Assembly (NCBI GenBank): GCA_951406725.2
Contig: OX597814.1
Location: 147,498,001 to 147,562,000 of the forward strand
Origin: Octopus vulgaris
Taxonomy: Eukaryota
Length of the DNA: 64,000 nt
Direction: 5' to 3'
The position numbers and the translations under genes are program-made. This document shows positions 13,191-26,981 of this stretch, piece after piece. The notes beneath the pieces are model-generated. The model saw nothing but the letters and a program-made list of their open reading frames with translations, made no database searches and was not told where the DNA came from. Numbering within the stretch: position 1 is the first letter of the stretch; every line of letters begins with the position of its first letter.

Positions 13191-15023
13191 TCAACAGGAT
13201 TAGTGATGTTTATTATCTTACTATTTTATACTTAATTCTATCTTCTGTATTAATATTATACGTTCATAATTATCTAAATCTTTTATTTTTGTGTAATGTA
13301 CTCTGTAGAGTTTCTTGATCCATAAGATTTGCGTGAGAGTATTTCATTTAATTATTTCTCCAGTCTATAGTATGATATTGACGATCTTGTGGAGGTAACT
13401 GACCTAAGAGCTAGAGTGTTTGACTCAGCATCATAAAGTTGTGAGTTCAATTTTTGAAGCGAGCTGCGCCTTGTGTCTTTGTTTCTGTTTCCTCGGCTGT
13501 AAATGAGTGCCAGCCTGTTATTAGTTCAGCCTCTCCTCTCTCAGCTGTCACATCCAACATGTTTTCCCCATGTTAAAGTTGAAAAAGCAGAGCTAGTTTC
13601 TAAGTCTGATCGTGACCACTTAAGCACCTTAAGCAATTCGCGAATGCCTGATATATTTTATCAAAACATACTTGCTTGAATGTGACAGTTAGCTGAAAAT
13701 TATCACTTTTAATTAATTTTCCTTGCTTTAAGCTTGCTCTCTGAATTTTACTAATTAAAATTTTATATAATTTCTTCTAGTTAATTCATACACTGTCTGA
13801 AGATGTGCTGTTTGTTATTTGCCATTCTTTTAGGATATTTCTCTTCTTAAATAGAACTGCTTCGTTCTTATATATACCACTTTCCTCGATGTATATATTT
13901 AATCATGATTTCTTAATGAATTTGTTTAATACTGGTGCAAACTTACACATGCTTAATTATGCCAAACTCTGCTTGTTAAGAATTTTGTTTACCAGCAGTG
14001 GAAACTTTGCAGTGTCACATATACTTTTCCGGAATCGGGTTGTCTGTTATTTTCCCCATATATGAATCATAGTTTTATCATTGTATCGAATCCTGTTGGA
14101 ATCCTAGTTATCAGTCTATTATTCGAGAGATTTTAGGCTTTGCTTTTTCTTTCTTTTCTTGTTTTTTTCTTTGCTTTCGTCTTTAGACTCTGAGATTTAA
14201 ATGGCTTCACCCTAAGAATACCAAGTTTTATTTCATAGCACCTCTGAGTTTCTTCTGAGATATTTCATGTTATTATGGTCTTCACCTATCGTCCAGTTGC
14301 TATGTTTACTGTCTTAAACAATTTTCTCTGTAGTTGAGTCTTTCGCTAACCATACTTCAATGATATCTCAATTTTCTAAAACCCATGTTATTAATTTCGT
14401 TTCTTTTTTTTTTCTTTTAGCACTGATATAGCATATTTTCTTTAAACATCCATGGGGTTTCTGAGATCTGTTCCTTTTGTTATGTATGTATACCAATGGT
14501 TCCCTAATTTTCTTTTGATTTTATTCAAAGAGTTTGATTCATGGTGGTTTTGGCCTTACAAATACTCAATTTCCCACCTATCCATGTGTTGATAATTACT
14601 TATATTACTATACAATGCCGGCGGCCCTTGTGCCTAGAGTAGAAAAGAACATACGATGCTGGGGCTTGGTAGAATCGTTACCGCAGCAGAAAAATGCTTC
14701 GCAGCATTCTTCATGTTCTTTATGTTCAAATTCAACCTATGTCGAATTTGCGTTTCATCTTTTTTCGGAGATGAAAGCTTGGTCACTGTAATCGACTTTT
14801 TCCTCTCCTCAAAATTACCTGCTGTCTTCTATAATTATAAAGAATTATTTAAAGAATATATTTTGTGTCTACTTATATCTTATCACATATGTATTCTTTT
14901 AATCGTAGGGTCTTATCGAATAACTATTCCTATTTATAGTTTACTTAATTCTGGTATCGGTTTGGTGCGAAAATTTTAAAGTTTAATTTAAGAAGCTGTC
15001 ATTCAAACATGAGCATTTACATC

Positions 15024-15484
15024 ATGTGAGCTGGCAGCAACGTTAGCATGGCGGAAAGAATGCTTAGCGGCACTTCGTCCGTCTTTACGTTCTGAGTTCA
15101 AATACTGCGGATGTCGACTTTGCCTGTCATCTCTTCGGGGTCCATAAAAGTAGTAGCAATTGAGTACTGGGGTCGATGTAATTTAATTGCCCCTCCCTCC
15201 AAAATTTCAAAACTGTGCCCATATTAGAAAGAATGGTTATCTTTATTGTTGTTGTTAATAGTGATAAAGCTGCGAGCTGGTAGAATGATCAGCGCGCCAG
15301 GAAAAATGCTTAGCTACTTTTCGTCCGTCTTTGCATTCTGAGTTCCAATTCTATCAAAATCGGCTTTGCTTTTCATCCTTTCAGGTGTCGATAAAATAAG
15401 TACTAGCCGAGTACCACTGCGATCGATGTAACTGACATAGCGCCGCCCCCAAAATTGCTGTCCTTATATTAAAGTTTGAAACCG
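15024..15484 (+). mobile_element. Two adjacent SINE family A copies
   Basis: Heads gagctggcagcaacgttagc (15028) and gcgagctggtagaatg (15272), each followed by ttctgagttc.aat and the ctttcatcc core. Confidence 0.85.
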
Positions 15485-18371
15485 TTGTTGTTGCTGCTGC
15501 TGCTTTTATTATTAGTAATATTAGTGTTACTAGTACAAGTCCAACGTGTTGTAACTTCTTTGTGTCTAACTACATCTGTTTTATGAGAGATTCAAAATAA
15601 AATAGGTAGCAGCCATTTCCTCCGCAAACTGATAAGACTGACATGTTTGGAGAACTTGACCATAGAGGTTGACAGAGCTCAGATTACATGAGTACGACAG
15701 AGCCTTATAAAGCATCCCGTCAAATTATGTTCGCTTAACGTACTACAGATAGCAACTAATTCATTCATCTTCATATCGCATCCTAGTACCTTACAATAGA
15801 AAAGATATGTTAGAAAATGTAGCTATAAATGTATTTTGCTTGAAACAGAGATAAAATGGTAACGGCTATATCTTTGATCAGTTCACCTCGGCACTACAGA
15901 ACAACGTCTACGCTATGAGCCTACAGTGTTAAACTGTGTGCTATGATATGTCTGCGCTATATCACTAAACTATTATTAACCATGCCTAATAATTTGCTAT
16001 AAAACAATACAATTAGAAACTGAGATATTCTCTCCATATGTGGAGATAAGAAGAAATATTTATTTTTAAGGCAAATACTACGATGTGGAAATAATTGTCT
16101 GGCAATAGTTAGTTACATCACTTGTGGCACAGAAACAGAGCGGTTATAAATATTTTTATATATCTAGTTAATTTTGCCTATTTTACATTTTACTTCTCAT
16201 GACAGACATCTTTCTGCATTGCGAAACATGGTTTCTCAAAACACTAGAACCGAAATCACAATGCTAGATGTATTGGAGGTGTAACTTACCGCAAAAGTTT
16301 TATATGATAAGCAACAGAAAATTTCTGAAGTGATTTTGAAGTATATATGTTATGCACTAAGCATTCTGGACGCCGCAAGTTATTTTTGGGGGCTTTAACT
16401 GCAGTTTTTATTATTTTAATGTTTCAAGAACCTGCTTAGTGGAACACCAGTACTGAGAAATTTGACCAGTGCTCTTTGCATAACTACACTACTGTATCGT
16501 TTCCAGAATAACGCTTTTCTTAACACTACAAAAAATCTTCAGACCATACAGGATATTTCGAACATTTCTATGTCATAGTCTTGATTTATTCAAGAAGATA
16601 ATAATCAGCAATTAAATCACAAATCAGATCTACTACCTATTTGAAAACGTACATTTGTATATTCTTGTTTATTATGATTAAGTAAAAAGGAAACCTAAAA
16701 TTGTTTCTGGCAGAATTCGATCGGAAGTTTGTAAGTTTAGGGTGTCAATCACATTTAGTTGCACACCAGTTGTATGAATATATCTTGGGAAACTATTTCA
16801 TAAAAAGTCTATGAACCACTCCTAAAAGCAATTTAATCTAGATGCACGAAACTAAAATTTTCGACCAATAGAAAAACAAAAAAATGCGTTTTGAAAAAAA
16901 TCTTCCACTTCATTATATTCTGCATGAATAAGCTTCAGCTGGAATCTATTTTGAATTTAATCCTTTAAAAGTTCTTATCTTCTGTTTTCTTTCTATCATT
17001 TGCTTTTTTTTTTCTTTCATTCTAACTGAAACACTTCTTCATTAAATAGTAATAGAATATTTCTAAATCTATGTACATCTAGTATTTTCTTTTTAAAATT
17101 TTGCCTCGCAATATTTTCTTTATATAACATTCTCTAAAACAATACACACGCGGTTAAATTCCCTCAGGATACTGCCTAAATAACAAAATAAAAAAAAGAA
17201 GAAGTCCACATATGGGTGCCAGAATCGATGTCAATTCATCACATTCCTTTGGGATTTTAAAAGAATGGCAAAATGGAAAGAAAGAAAAGAAGCACAAACA
17301 TTTTTACTCAATGTTCCCCTGTAGTAATACAATTCTTCACATATATTACTTGAATTAAAACAGATGTTTGGAAAATATACTGTATGCTTCCTTATGTTCG
17401 TATACTCGTACATACATACATGCATACGCTGTTATATACGTACATACTTACATAAATAGTGACCCGCCTCTAGTTATATACATATATAACTTGTTTAGAG
17501 ATCTTCTATATGAGTTTGCACACACACACACACACACATACGTATGTAGGTAGGTAGGTATGCATGCATTTCGTCTTTTTTCCATTATATATCAATATTT
17601 GTTTATCTACGATATCCCAAAAGTAGTTACGTTGATTAATTTGAAAAAGTTGAATATGCTAGAATTAATTAGATGATACACTATCACATTTACGGCGAAA
17701 AATAATGTTATATCACATACCACTAGGATGAAACAATTATCTCGGCTGAAATGCCATTGACCTTACATCGGTTTATTTAAAGCATACCTGAAGCAAAACA
17801 AAAAGAAAAAAATCACCCTCTGAAAGGAAACATAAAACAACGAGGGAATTTCTGTGAGACCGCTACAAACAACAGTTACGTCCCGCTCACGCCACTTTGT
17901 ACAATGCAGTCATGTATGCACAATATCTGAAGAAGAACGGCTCGAATACGTCTCATCAAATAGACTTACTCATAAAGATTAAAACTTTATTCAAAGAGCC
18001 TGAAAGCTTATGCTGTATTGTGTCAGTACAGGAAGGACCAGAAAAATAAATAAGGTCAGCTCATGGTATGACAACAAAAAATATCAGTGTCATGATCGTT
18101 GATGCTACCCCCTAGCGGCGAATGTGCATACCTCTTTAGCAATAAACATTCGATAAGGCAAATCTACGGATTAAAGTAGAGTCCTGGTGCCAACATAAAA
18201 TCCCTGATTTGTGGAACTTATCCCTTCGATAGGTCTCCATGTACGGAGATCGATTGAATTGTATGTAGGATGAACACACAGATTAACTGTGAGGTTAGGA
18301 ATATAGTGTATAGCTTACGATGTACTGAGGGACGGTGTAGAAGCATGACAATTACTTACATTGAAGACAGT

Positions 18372-18544
18372 ACGCAGTATAGGAGAGCGTATAGCTGAAC
18401 ACTAGCCAGAACACAAAGAAGAGAGAGGCTCATCAGTGCTCCACCAACATGCTCAAGCACGCAGTATAGGAGCGCGTATAGGTGAACACTAGCCAGAACA
18501 CAAAGAAGATAGAGGCTCATCAGTGCTCCTTCAACATGCTCAAG
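18372..18544. repeat. Tandem duplication, 87-bp unit x2
   Basis: acgcagtatagga...catgctcaag starts at 18372 and again at 18459 with few mismatches. Confidence 0.92.
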
Positions 18545-19023
18545 TAGAACATAGAGGTTCAATCAATAGCATAGAGGTCAAAGTATTATAAACCCATAGA
18601 ACTGAGACGACATTTAGGCAGATCACAGAGGCACCACCACACCACGCAACATAACAACTAAAGACTGGAGGGAAAAAGTAAACCCAAATATAAACAGGCT
18701 AATACACATACAATAGACATATATGCACATTCCTATGATAAATAAACAAAATTTACAGACGTAAGAAAAACTGTATAAATGACATGGTTACAAATAACAT
18801 AGGAAGCGAACGCATATACACACACAAACACACATAGGGTAACTTCACAGACGGCCGCAGTAATATCAGCAAGACGACTAACGACAACGGTAATAGCAAT
18901 AACGGCAACAACAACAACTACCACGATGGCACCAGCGTGGGGGAACACACAAACACTGTTATAAGAACAGTACAAAAAGACTTAATTTAGTGCAGCAACA
19001 CCGGCTACGGGATAGGGAACGGG

Positions 19024-19057
<34 letters not shown>

Positions 19058-19159
19058 TACCTGTACAGAAACACACAAACAAAGATGCATGCGTATAAAT
19101 GGAGACACATCATAGAAGAACGGAATAAAATAAGCAGAGCAAGAACATACACAGAGACG

Positions 19160-19322
19160 GAACGTGCCGCTGAGGTCACAGATGTGTGTCGAAAGGTTTC
19201 CGGACAATGGACACGAGTTAGAATAAGAAGCGTGATAAACGAGTAAAGAACGAATATATAGTGCGCGTGTTTATTTGGCAAAAAAAAAAGAGAAATTAAA
19301 ACGGCCAGCCCGAAATACAGCA
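19160..19322 (+). mobile_element. Interspersed repeat with a degenerate hammerhead; second copy inverted at 58425-58590
   Basis: Reverse complement aligns to 58430-58588 (ctgtatttcg...ttgccaaataaacac...gtccattgtc.ggaaa.ctttcg.cacacatctgtgacctc). Confidence 0.7.
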
Positions 19323-19376
<54 letters not shown>

Positions 19377-19385
19377 CTATGTATC

Positions 19386-19837
19386 TTTTATTATTTTATT
19401 TGTTTCAGTCATCTTGACTGCGGCCATGCTGGAACATCATCTTTAGTCGAACAAATCGGCCCCATGACTTATTCGTTATAAGCATAGTGCTTATTCTATC
19501 GGCCTCTAACCGAGCCGCTAAGTAATGGGGACGTAAACACACGAACATCGGTTGTCAAGCGATGGTGGGAGGACAAACAAACACGCAAACACACACACAC
19601 ACTCACACATACACAAAGTCACGCACACACACATACACACACACACACACACATATATATGTATGTATACGACGGGTTTCTTTCAGTTTCCGTCTACCAA
19701 ATCCACTCATAAGGCTTGGGTCACCCCGAAGCTACAGTAGAAGACGCTTGCCGTAGTCGACACGCAGTCGGACTGAATCTGGAACCATGTGGTTGGCAAT
19801 CAAGCTACTTACCACGCAGCCACTCCTGCACCAATAT
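19386..19837 (-). mobile_element. tRNA-headed CORE-like SINE family B (resembles octopus OR-type SINEs), near full length with internal (CA)n
   Basis: Minus strand: gcaggagtggctgcgtggtaagtagcttg...ggttccagattcagtcc (pol III boxes), then gcaagcgtcttctactgtagc, ggatttggtagacggaaactgaaagaa, a microsatellite and tail ...cagcatggccgcagtc. Partial copies at ~10445-10575, 11270-11510, 11890-12140, 31790-31975. Confidence 0.88.
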
Positions 19838-20329
19838 TGCATATTTGTTTTAAAATTTCCTCCTTTGAAAGATGAGGGTGTGGTTTATAGAACACTTAGT
19901 TGAGACTTCTTGCTACTTCAGTTAACAGTCTGCTGTCAACTCTAAAAATGCCCACTCCTATGCAAATGATACCACTCATCGTCTTCTCTTACCTCCCTCA
20001 CGTGAGCCTTATCTGCAATCAGCTTAAATACCTCACATCATATCTAAACTTACCCCCGTCAATAAAGCGTTGAAGGGTCTATCTTTGAGGTCATGTCCAT
20101 TTTGTCTGTAGCAGCAAAAGCAAAATCGATGTACATATCTAGGAAACGTTATCAAACCACTCAGACTCCTATCGAATATTAACAAAGCACTACTAATACA
20201 TTGCCGATTACTTTGAATGTTATGTCTCATTTTCTCTAAGCATGTTTCGTGGCGAAATTAGATGCTGAACATAGGAAATGGTAAAGACTTCATTAGAAAA
20301 CATTTCGTTTCATGTCAGTGGAAGAAACT

Positions 20330-20480
20330 ATTTCATACTTCAAAAACTGATAAATTTGCACAAAGCATTAGTAAGAACCACAATTGAGTATATCTTCCAC
20401 CTCTATAAATGTTGTGCTGCTGCTACACACACAAAGATGCAAAAGAGGATCTTTGAAATGATTCAATAGAAATTGCTTGA
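20330..20480 (+). mobile_element. Highly decayed LINE (CR1/Jockey group) RT C-terminal fragment
   Basis: LINLHKALVRTTIEYIFHL resembles the LYKxxVRPxxEY motif. Confidence 0.4.
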
Positions 20481-20991
20481 AAATACACGCCAGCTTCTGC
20501 CAGACCAGCAGGTAAGATCGTTAGAGCGTCAGACAAAATGTAATGACTTACTTTTTTCCAGTCGTCTAGGTTCTAACAAATCCAGCTGACGTCAGATTTG
20601 CCATTTATTCCTTCCAGATCGATAACGTAATTTGAACTACTTCAGGATTAGGATCAATGGTATCGACTAATTCCTTTCCCTCAAAATTGCTGACCTTGTG
20701 CATAAATTACAAACCATTATTAGTTGGATAGCAAAGCACGAAATGGCTAAAGTGAAACTGCGTCTCGCCTAGCAGCATTTTGCTGTACTGCGAAGTATGT
20801 ACTGAAAATAGATTTACTAAAATGATAATAGAGGGAGAAAATATAATTTTCATTCAGTATGCTGGGAATTATCACATATTGTCAAATGTAATCGAGTTTA
20901 TCGCATTGCTGTTCTGATATTAAGACACTTTGAGATGTTCAAAATTGATATTCACATTCGGAAATACAGCAATATTTTAATACGGAAGAAG

Positions 20992-21045
<54 letters not shown>

Positions 21046-22631
21046 GCAGACAACATGTGGATACCTTGTTATGTGAAGCGTATAGCTAGAGCCAGTTATA
21101 GCGAAGAGTTAAATGTGACAGAGATCTCAATCTTGATAATGTGCTGAAATAATATTTACACTAAGTAGACAAAATGCTTGTTTTGTAAAGTTTGAACTTT
21201 GACAGTCACAGTACTTTGTGCAAAACTGTGAGACAAGTAGGCAAACAGTTGAACATGTAAACTTGTTCTTGTACTTCCGGCGATATATCAGAAGTGTGAA
21301 TCTAACTGCGTCTATTATTAACGATAAATGATTCTACAAACCATGTATGTGTTATAACGTGTTATATCTGTTATAAGATATGTAGTTAGAAGAGGAAATA
21401 ATAACAGAGAGATTCCTTACGACAAAATACGAGATGATATAATTATTGAGCACAGAAGCAAGCTCTTGCCCGGAAGGACTATAACTACTACAGTTATCTA
21501 CATCTACTCTAAGAATCAATATTAATCAATAAGTGATTAAAGATTCCATGAAGATGTCGGAAACGGAAAGGCAAATATTAATTATATCTGAAATTTCGAA
21601 TCTGTAAGATATTTTCCTGCCTGACTTCAGGCATAACAGAAGAACTGGTAGAAATTCTGTATGAACAAATCTTATTGCCAAAGATGCATCCGATATTATA
21701 TTGCAGCTTCTTGCTGTTATGTATCATTGAAACTATGTGGTGACATTTTCCATTTTGTTTAATAAATACTGTTACACTTTCTCTATTTATAATTTCCCAT
21801 AGGTTTCTCAAAACTAAAGAGTTTTATTCGATATTATCTGCGTTGCTGTATTTCTGGCTCACTGTACATCAATATATTTTAAACAATGAAATATTATCGT
21901 TTCCCATTGAATGAATTTCTAACTGAATGATTAAAAGCACAATTCCTTCTTAGTTTTAAGGAGATTGATGTACTATTATTACAAAAGTTTGAGTAAATTC
22001 TATTCACTACACTAAATACACAAAAGACACAGATGTTCTTCACCATGATGGAGATACTTTTAGGAAGCTATATTACACATTTAAGTGTTTTTTACTTCAG
22101 CTGCTTCCTTTAATAATTTCTTTTATTTGGTCTTTAAGAACGGCTAATACGCTGCTGTCTTAATACATATTACTGATCAAATTAATAGCAGATGTGTAAT
22201 AGTGCAGAAGAAGAGGGAGAAGAAAAATAACTGAAGATGAAAAATATAATTACAATTTCATTATCTGAAAAAATTACTCTTATTATAGAAATTAATATTT
22301 CCATTGTAACTCTAGACATTGTTGTTCTCTTTCTGCGCTTTCGGAACGACTGTTCGGTAATTGCTTTCTTTAAGTTGATTTTTCACTTTTCTTTTTATTG
22401 TAGTCTTGAAACTTTAACATTTTAAACTATACTTTATTAATCGTGAATTATATGTATTTTTTTTTTGTCATTTGACTATAATAGTACTAACAGTAGGGAT
22501 TCTCAAATAATTATTTTGATTTCTTTTTCTCTGTTTTGATACAGAATGCCTATCTAAATGAACGTCAGTATTTTTTACGATCTAGTTGCATTACATATGA
22601 AATAGTTGTGATGTGCAGCAATGGTCGAAAC

Positions 22632-22700
<69 letters not shown>

Positions 22701-22869
22701 GAGTAGCTAAGTTGATGCAAGGTTCTAGATAAAATTCAAGAGGTCTGTCTTCGGGCGAGATTTAAATATATTGTGCATAGAGCTTTTGTATCTGAACAGA
22801 CAAGAAGTTCTATGCTTAGTGGTAATACGTTCTTTTTTATATAGACAAGTAGTATAAGATTTAGACATG

Positions 22870-22938
22870 GAAGCCGCGGGCACGAGGCCGAAGGAAACTG
22901 ACCGCAGGTGCAGATCTCGGTGGTAGTAGCAAATATTC
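22870..22938 (+). pseudogene. Short 28S (LSU) rRNA-derived fragment
   Basis: ccgcaggtgcagatctcggtggtagtagcaaatattc (22902-22938) matches the conserved eukaryotic LSU segment GCAGGTGCAGATCTTGGTGGTAGTAGCAAATATTC (LR7 primer site) with one mismatch. The GC-rich 30 bp upstream loosely resembles the preceding LSU sequence. Confidence 0.85.
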
Positions 22939-25798
22939 GAAGTTATTAGACTCCAAACTGTATACCGTGTGCGCGCAAGCATCATGTGGACGTACTGTAC
23001 AGTTGAAACTCCTAATATCGACGTTCTGTTGTTGTAAAGTTAGATATATGCAATGGTTATCGCCGCCATCATATGTACATTGGCTCGATTTCCATAGGTT
23101 CTTCTGTAAGATTGTCATTGTCTAAGGGATGATTTACTCGATAAGTAGGGAGCTTTTGTTTATAGCTTTATTTCCATTTATGCAGCTTCCATTGGAGACA
23201 ATTTTAAGTATCTCTATTTTTGCAATGAACGAATATATATATGTATACTATTGCTAATGCTGTTAAATCTTTTCAAGCAGACCTTTATCATGTACAATTG
23301 ATAGACATAGCTAGTGTTCTAAATGCATTATACGACCACCTACATCAAGACTAACTTATACAATTCCAAATGTTATATAAACGTATATACACCACATATA
23401 AGGCGTTATTCTTTTACAACTAACCTTCAGTTGATTGCCGTTATACGTACACACCAACTTCAAGAGTTTTAATAAATGACTTTGACGTAAATTCTTACTT
23501 GAGACTGTTAATAATTACATTGTTCTCTCACTGATGGTTAGTATATCCTTTTTTATATAAAGGGATGCAATTTGACATACCAGTTAACACTGGTAAGTGT
23601 AAACCCAGATACACATCCAGATATAGACACAGAAGAAAAAACACATATAAATACACATAAACACACTTACACAAACATACACACACATACATATGCGCGC
23701 ACACACACACACATAAATATTTACCACCGGCTTCCTCTCATGTTTTCATTCTGCCAAATTTCATACACAGATCATTGGTCAATCTGCAACTATATAATTT
23801 AGTTATCGACCAGTCATGGGAGGTGAGGCAGTAACTACCACTCTTCTCGGCTAGCCAAAGGCTGATTAGGAAGGTATCTTCAACTGAGAATACTGCCCCG
23901 TATGCTTCCAAAGTATTGTATTTGGCTTAAGGCATCCACAGTTCGAATGGTGGTGTTAAACCATACTTCGAATATCGTCTTCTATCTGGGAAACGAAATA
24001 GTATATCAGAGGTTCTTCTCAATCATTTCCGCTTAAGAAACACATTCTTCTCAGAAGAAGAAACTTCCCCAGAGTGCCGTGCAGCTAAATAAGACTGAAA
24101 TATGGCTACGAAACGAACTTCTTCAATCTAAGAACGTCAGTGTCTATTTCTGTATATACTATATGTTTCTATGCATATAAATTCGTATACGTTTGTCCTT
24201 ATGCGCATATGCTTTTGTTTTCTTATGTCTGTATATATGCCTTTATGTACGTGAATCGATTGATATCTTAAGTATTACTTTCTGACTTAATAGTTTATGA
24301 CAAGGTTTTCCAATCTTTCTGACTCAGTGGAATTGTGAGAATCAAACACAAAGAAAATAGTAGTGCAAGGAATATTTTTGTATCGAGATAACTTATAGTT
24401 GAAAAGTTGGAAAACAGGAATTGAAAAATATTGCTTACTTTTACTTTTGTCACTCACAATGAAGTCATTTTTCAAGACAACCAAGCATTAGTATGGGATT
24501 TTCTGGCGTCTTTAAGTATTTGAAAATTCGATGCTCTTTTACTCAAGAGCATCAAGTTATGCTACATTGCGAACTAGTGTACTGCTAGACAGCTTTAAGG
24601 ATGCACTACTTTTTGGTATAAAAATGTGTAGTACTGGGAATGGTTTTTAACGTTCGAGTGGCATTTTGTTTTACAGTATATTCCTGTTGCTGGATTTTGT
24701 TGTTATTGTTATTTCCTTTGGCATCAGCCTTGAACAAACTAACCTATCTCATTTTGTATATCAATGTCCAACATGTCTCTTTTTTTACTGCAGGAAAGCA
24801 TATCTTAAGGCAGGTTCGAGTCCTATCTCTTGTAAGTCAGGCAACTGCATAGAAGCAACCTCGTTGCTAATATTTAAGTTAAAAATCCACCAACGTTTGC
24901 AGTTAATAAGTATAATGATACTCATACAACAATATTATGGGAATCAGTATGAGCTTTTGTCTATTTGTACCTGTTGTGACGGAGTAGCTATAATAGAATG
25001 TTTCTACTCGAGTTGTAATATAATTTTGAAGTAATGTTTAGTAAATTCACCGCCTGCAATGGGAGCAGCTTCTACACAGCCTGTGATGACGCAAAATATG
25101 TAATTTGATGTACTTTGTAGGTTATGAAGTTATGAGGGAAGGCAACTGGTATAATCGATGATGCAAATAATATATTGTCTGCTCATTAACGCTAGTTTTC
25201 TCTTCTGTATGTGTTTATTATAATGAGACTAATATCAACTTACTTCTGTACGTGACAGAAACCATCAATTCTTCATCTTGCATCCTCTTACATTCTAAAG
25301 TAAAATATTTCTCAACGCTACGCAAGTCAGTCATCTGACTGAGGGAATACCATAGGAGGTGTTTGAGAAAGAACATTATTATCATCTACATCTTAATCTA
25401 ACAAACACGGTGATGGCATTTAAGCTTATTGTACACGCTCGTTACATCTAGTGGAGATGTACAGCTAATCAAATTGCATCACAGTATCTTAAATCAGGGA
25501 TCTATTCGGCCATCCAACAGCTGATTTTAAAACCACGGTAAGAATCAGGAATAGAACTCTATTGTTCATAAGCCTGTTCGGTCACGGGCGTTCTTGGTTT
25601 TAAATATAAATAAGTTTACACCAGTCCATGCACTAAATCTGTTGCGAGATTGTTCGACATTTTAAAATTAGGACAGAAATTTCCACAAATCTCATCCTGT
25701 CGTCCTTAAAGCAGGGACAGAATCATTGGAATATATGACATTTTAAACGCAATAACAGTACCATTTCTCTCCCTCCTCCTCCAACATTTCCTCTCTCT

Positions 25799-25856
<58 letters not shown>

Positions 25857-26195
25857 TCTTTCTTTCATAGATTATATTCCTTCTTGAAGTTCTTTTTGTA
25901 GGAGTTTGTGTACTGGAAATATTTCATTTGCACACTTAAAATTTCACTAAATTTTGGATCGCTTCGAAAACGTTATGCTAACATATATTTTCGGAAATGT
26001 TGATTACGATATTTACTATATCTATATATGTTAATGGAATTGTCGGTTTTGTAAGGTGAATTCTACAATAAAGACATTATTTTTTCTACACTTATTTTTG
26101 TTGTCAAATACTTTGAATTTCTCGAAATTCAGAGTATTCGAATGTACTTCTCATACATGAAGAATTACCTTGGATGCGTAATCTACCGACACTGA

Positions 26196-26392
26196 AACGT
26201 TAGCACACCGGACGAAATGCTTAGCGGTATTTTGTCTGTCTTTATGCTCTACGTTCAAATTCCGCCGAGGTCGACTTTACCTTTCATCCTTTCGGGGCCG
26301 TTAAATTAAGTACCAGTTGCGTACTGGGGTCGATTGAATCGACTGGCCCCTCCCCCAAAATTTCGGTCATTGTGCCTAAAGTAGAAAAGAAT
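26196..26392 (+). mobile_element. SINE family A, well-preserved 5'-truncated monomer
   Basis: gaaacgttagcacaccggacgaaatgcttagcggtatt...gttcaaattccgccgaggtcgactttacctttcatcctttcgggg...gtgcctaaagtagaaaagaat. Confidence 0.9.
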
Positions 26393-26657
26393 CTACTGAC
26401 GTTTACGAGTGTTTATTGGATGCTATTAACCAAATTCTTTTATATGTATATATATGTATATATATGTATATATACATATATGTATATATATATATGGAAA
26501 GGCTGAAGTCTAATAACGGAGGCAATAAGAAATGAAGATATAAGACGCTTGAGTTTGTATCATGCATTTGTGTGAGCGGCGTAGGACTAAAAGAAAGAGA
26601 AATGTAGCGTTCCAATAGTTTTCAATAAATTTTTAGGTGTTTATGTATTCATGTATA

Positions 26658-26981
26658 TATTGGGTTAGCAACTAAGTTCCCGGCGTTTTTTCAAATTTTG
26701 GAATTTATTGCGTTTTTAAATTTTGGAATCTATTTTTTTCGAGAATTTTATGTTTGAATAATTTTGGAGTCCATTTTTCTTTTAGTTAATTTTAGTTAAT
26801 GTTTGTTTATTCTCAGATCATTCAAATGGAATGTCAAGTTAAGAAAAACGAGCATTTTTGACACATCCATCATTTTGCTTTTAATCAAAGTTCTCAGGCC
26901 GCAAAAGCTGCTCGCGATATTTGTGCTCTGTATGGAGAAGGTGCCATAGCTGAAAGAACCGCTTGTGATTGGTTTGCCAAG
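26658..26981 (+). mobile_element. Mariner 5' fragment (left TIR and transposase N-terminus), truncated by a SINE array
   Basis: tattgggttagcaactaagt terminus. ATG at 26826 gives MECQVKKNEHF*HIHHFAFNQSSQAAKAARDICALYGEGAIAERTACDWFAK, a mariner HTH. Confidence 0.85.

Noticed and set aside
13700-14470. Strand-skewed stretch suggestive of an old retroelement ORF
   Set aside because: No recognisable motif recovered by manual translation.
18425-18530. CTGATGAG on the minus strand in each 87-bp unit (hammerhead core or CRISPR-like array)
   Set aside because: No stem II followed by GAAA; only two units, no spacers, eukaryotic context.
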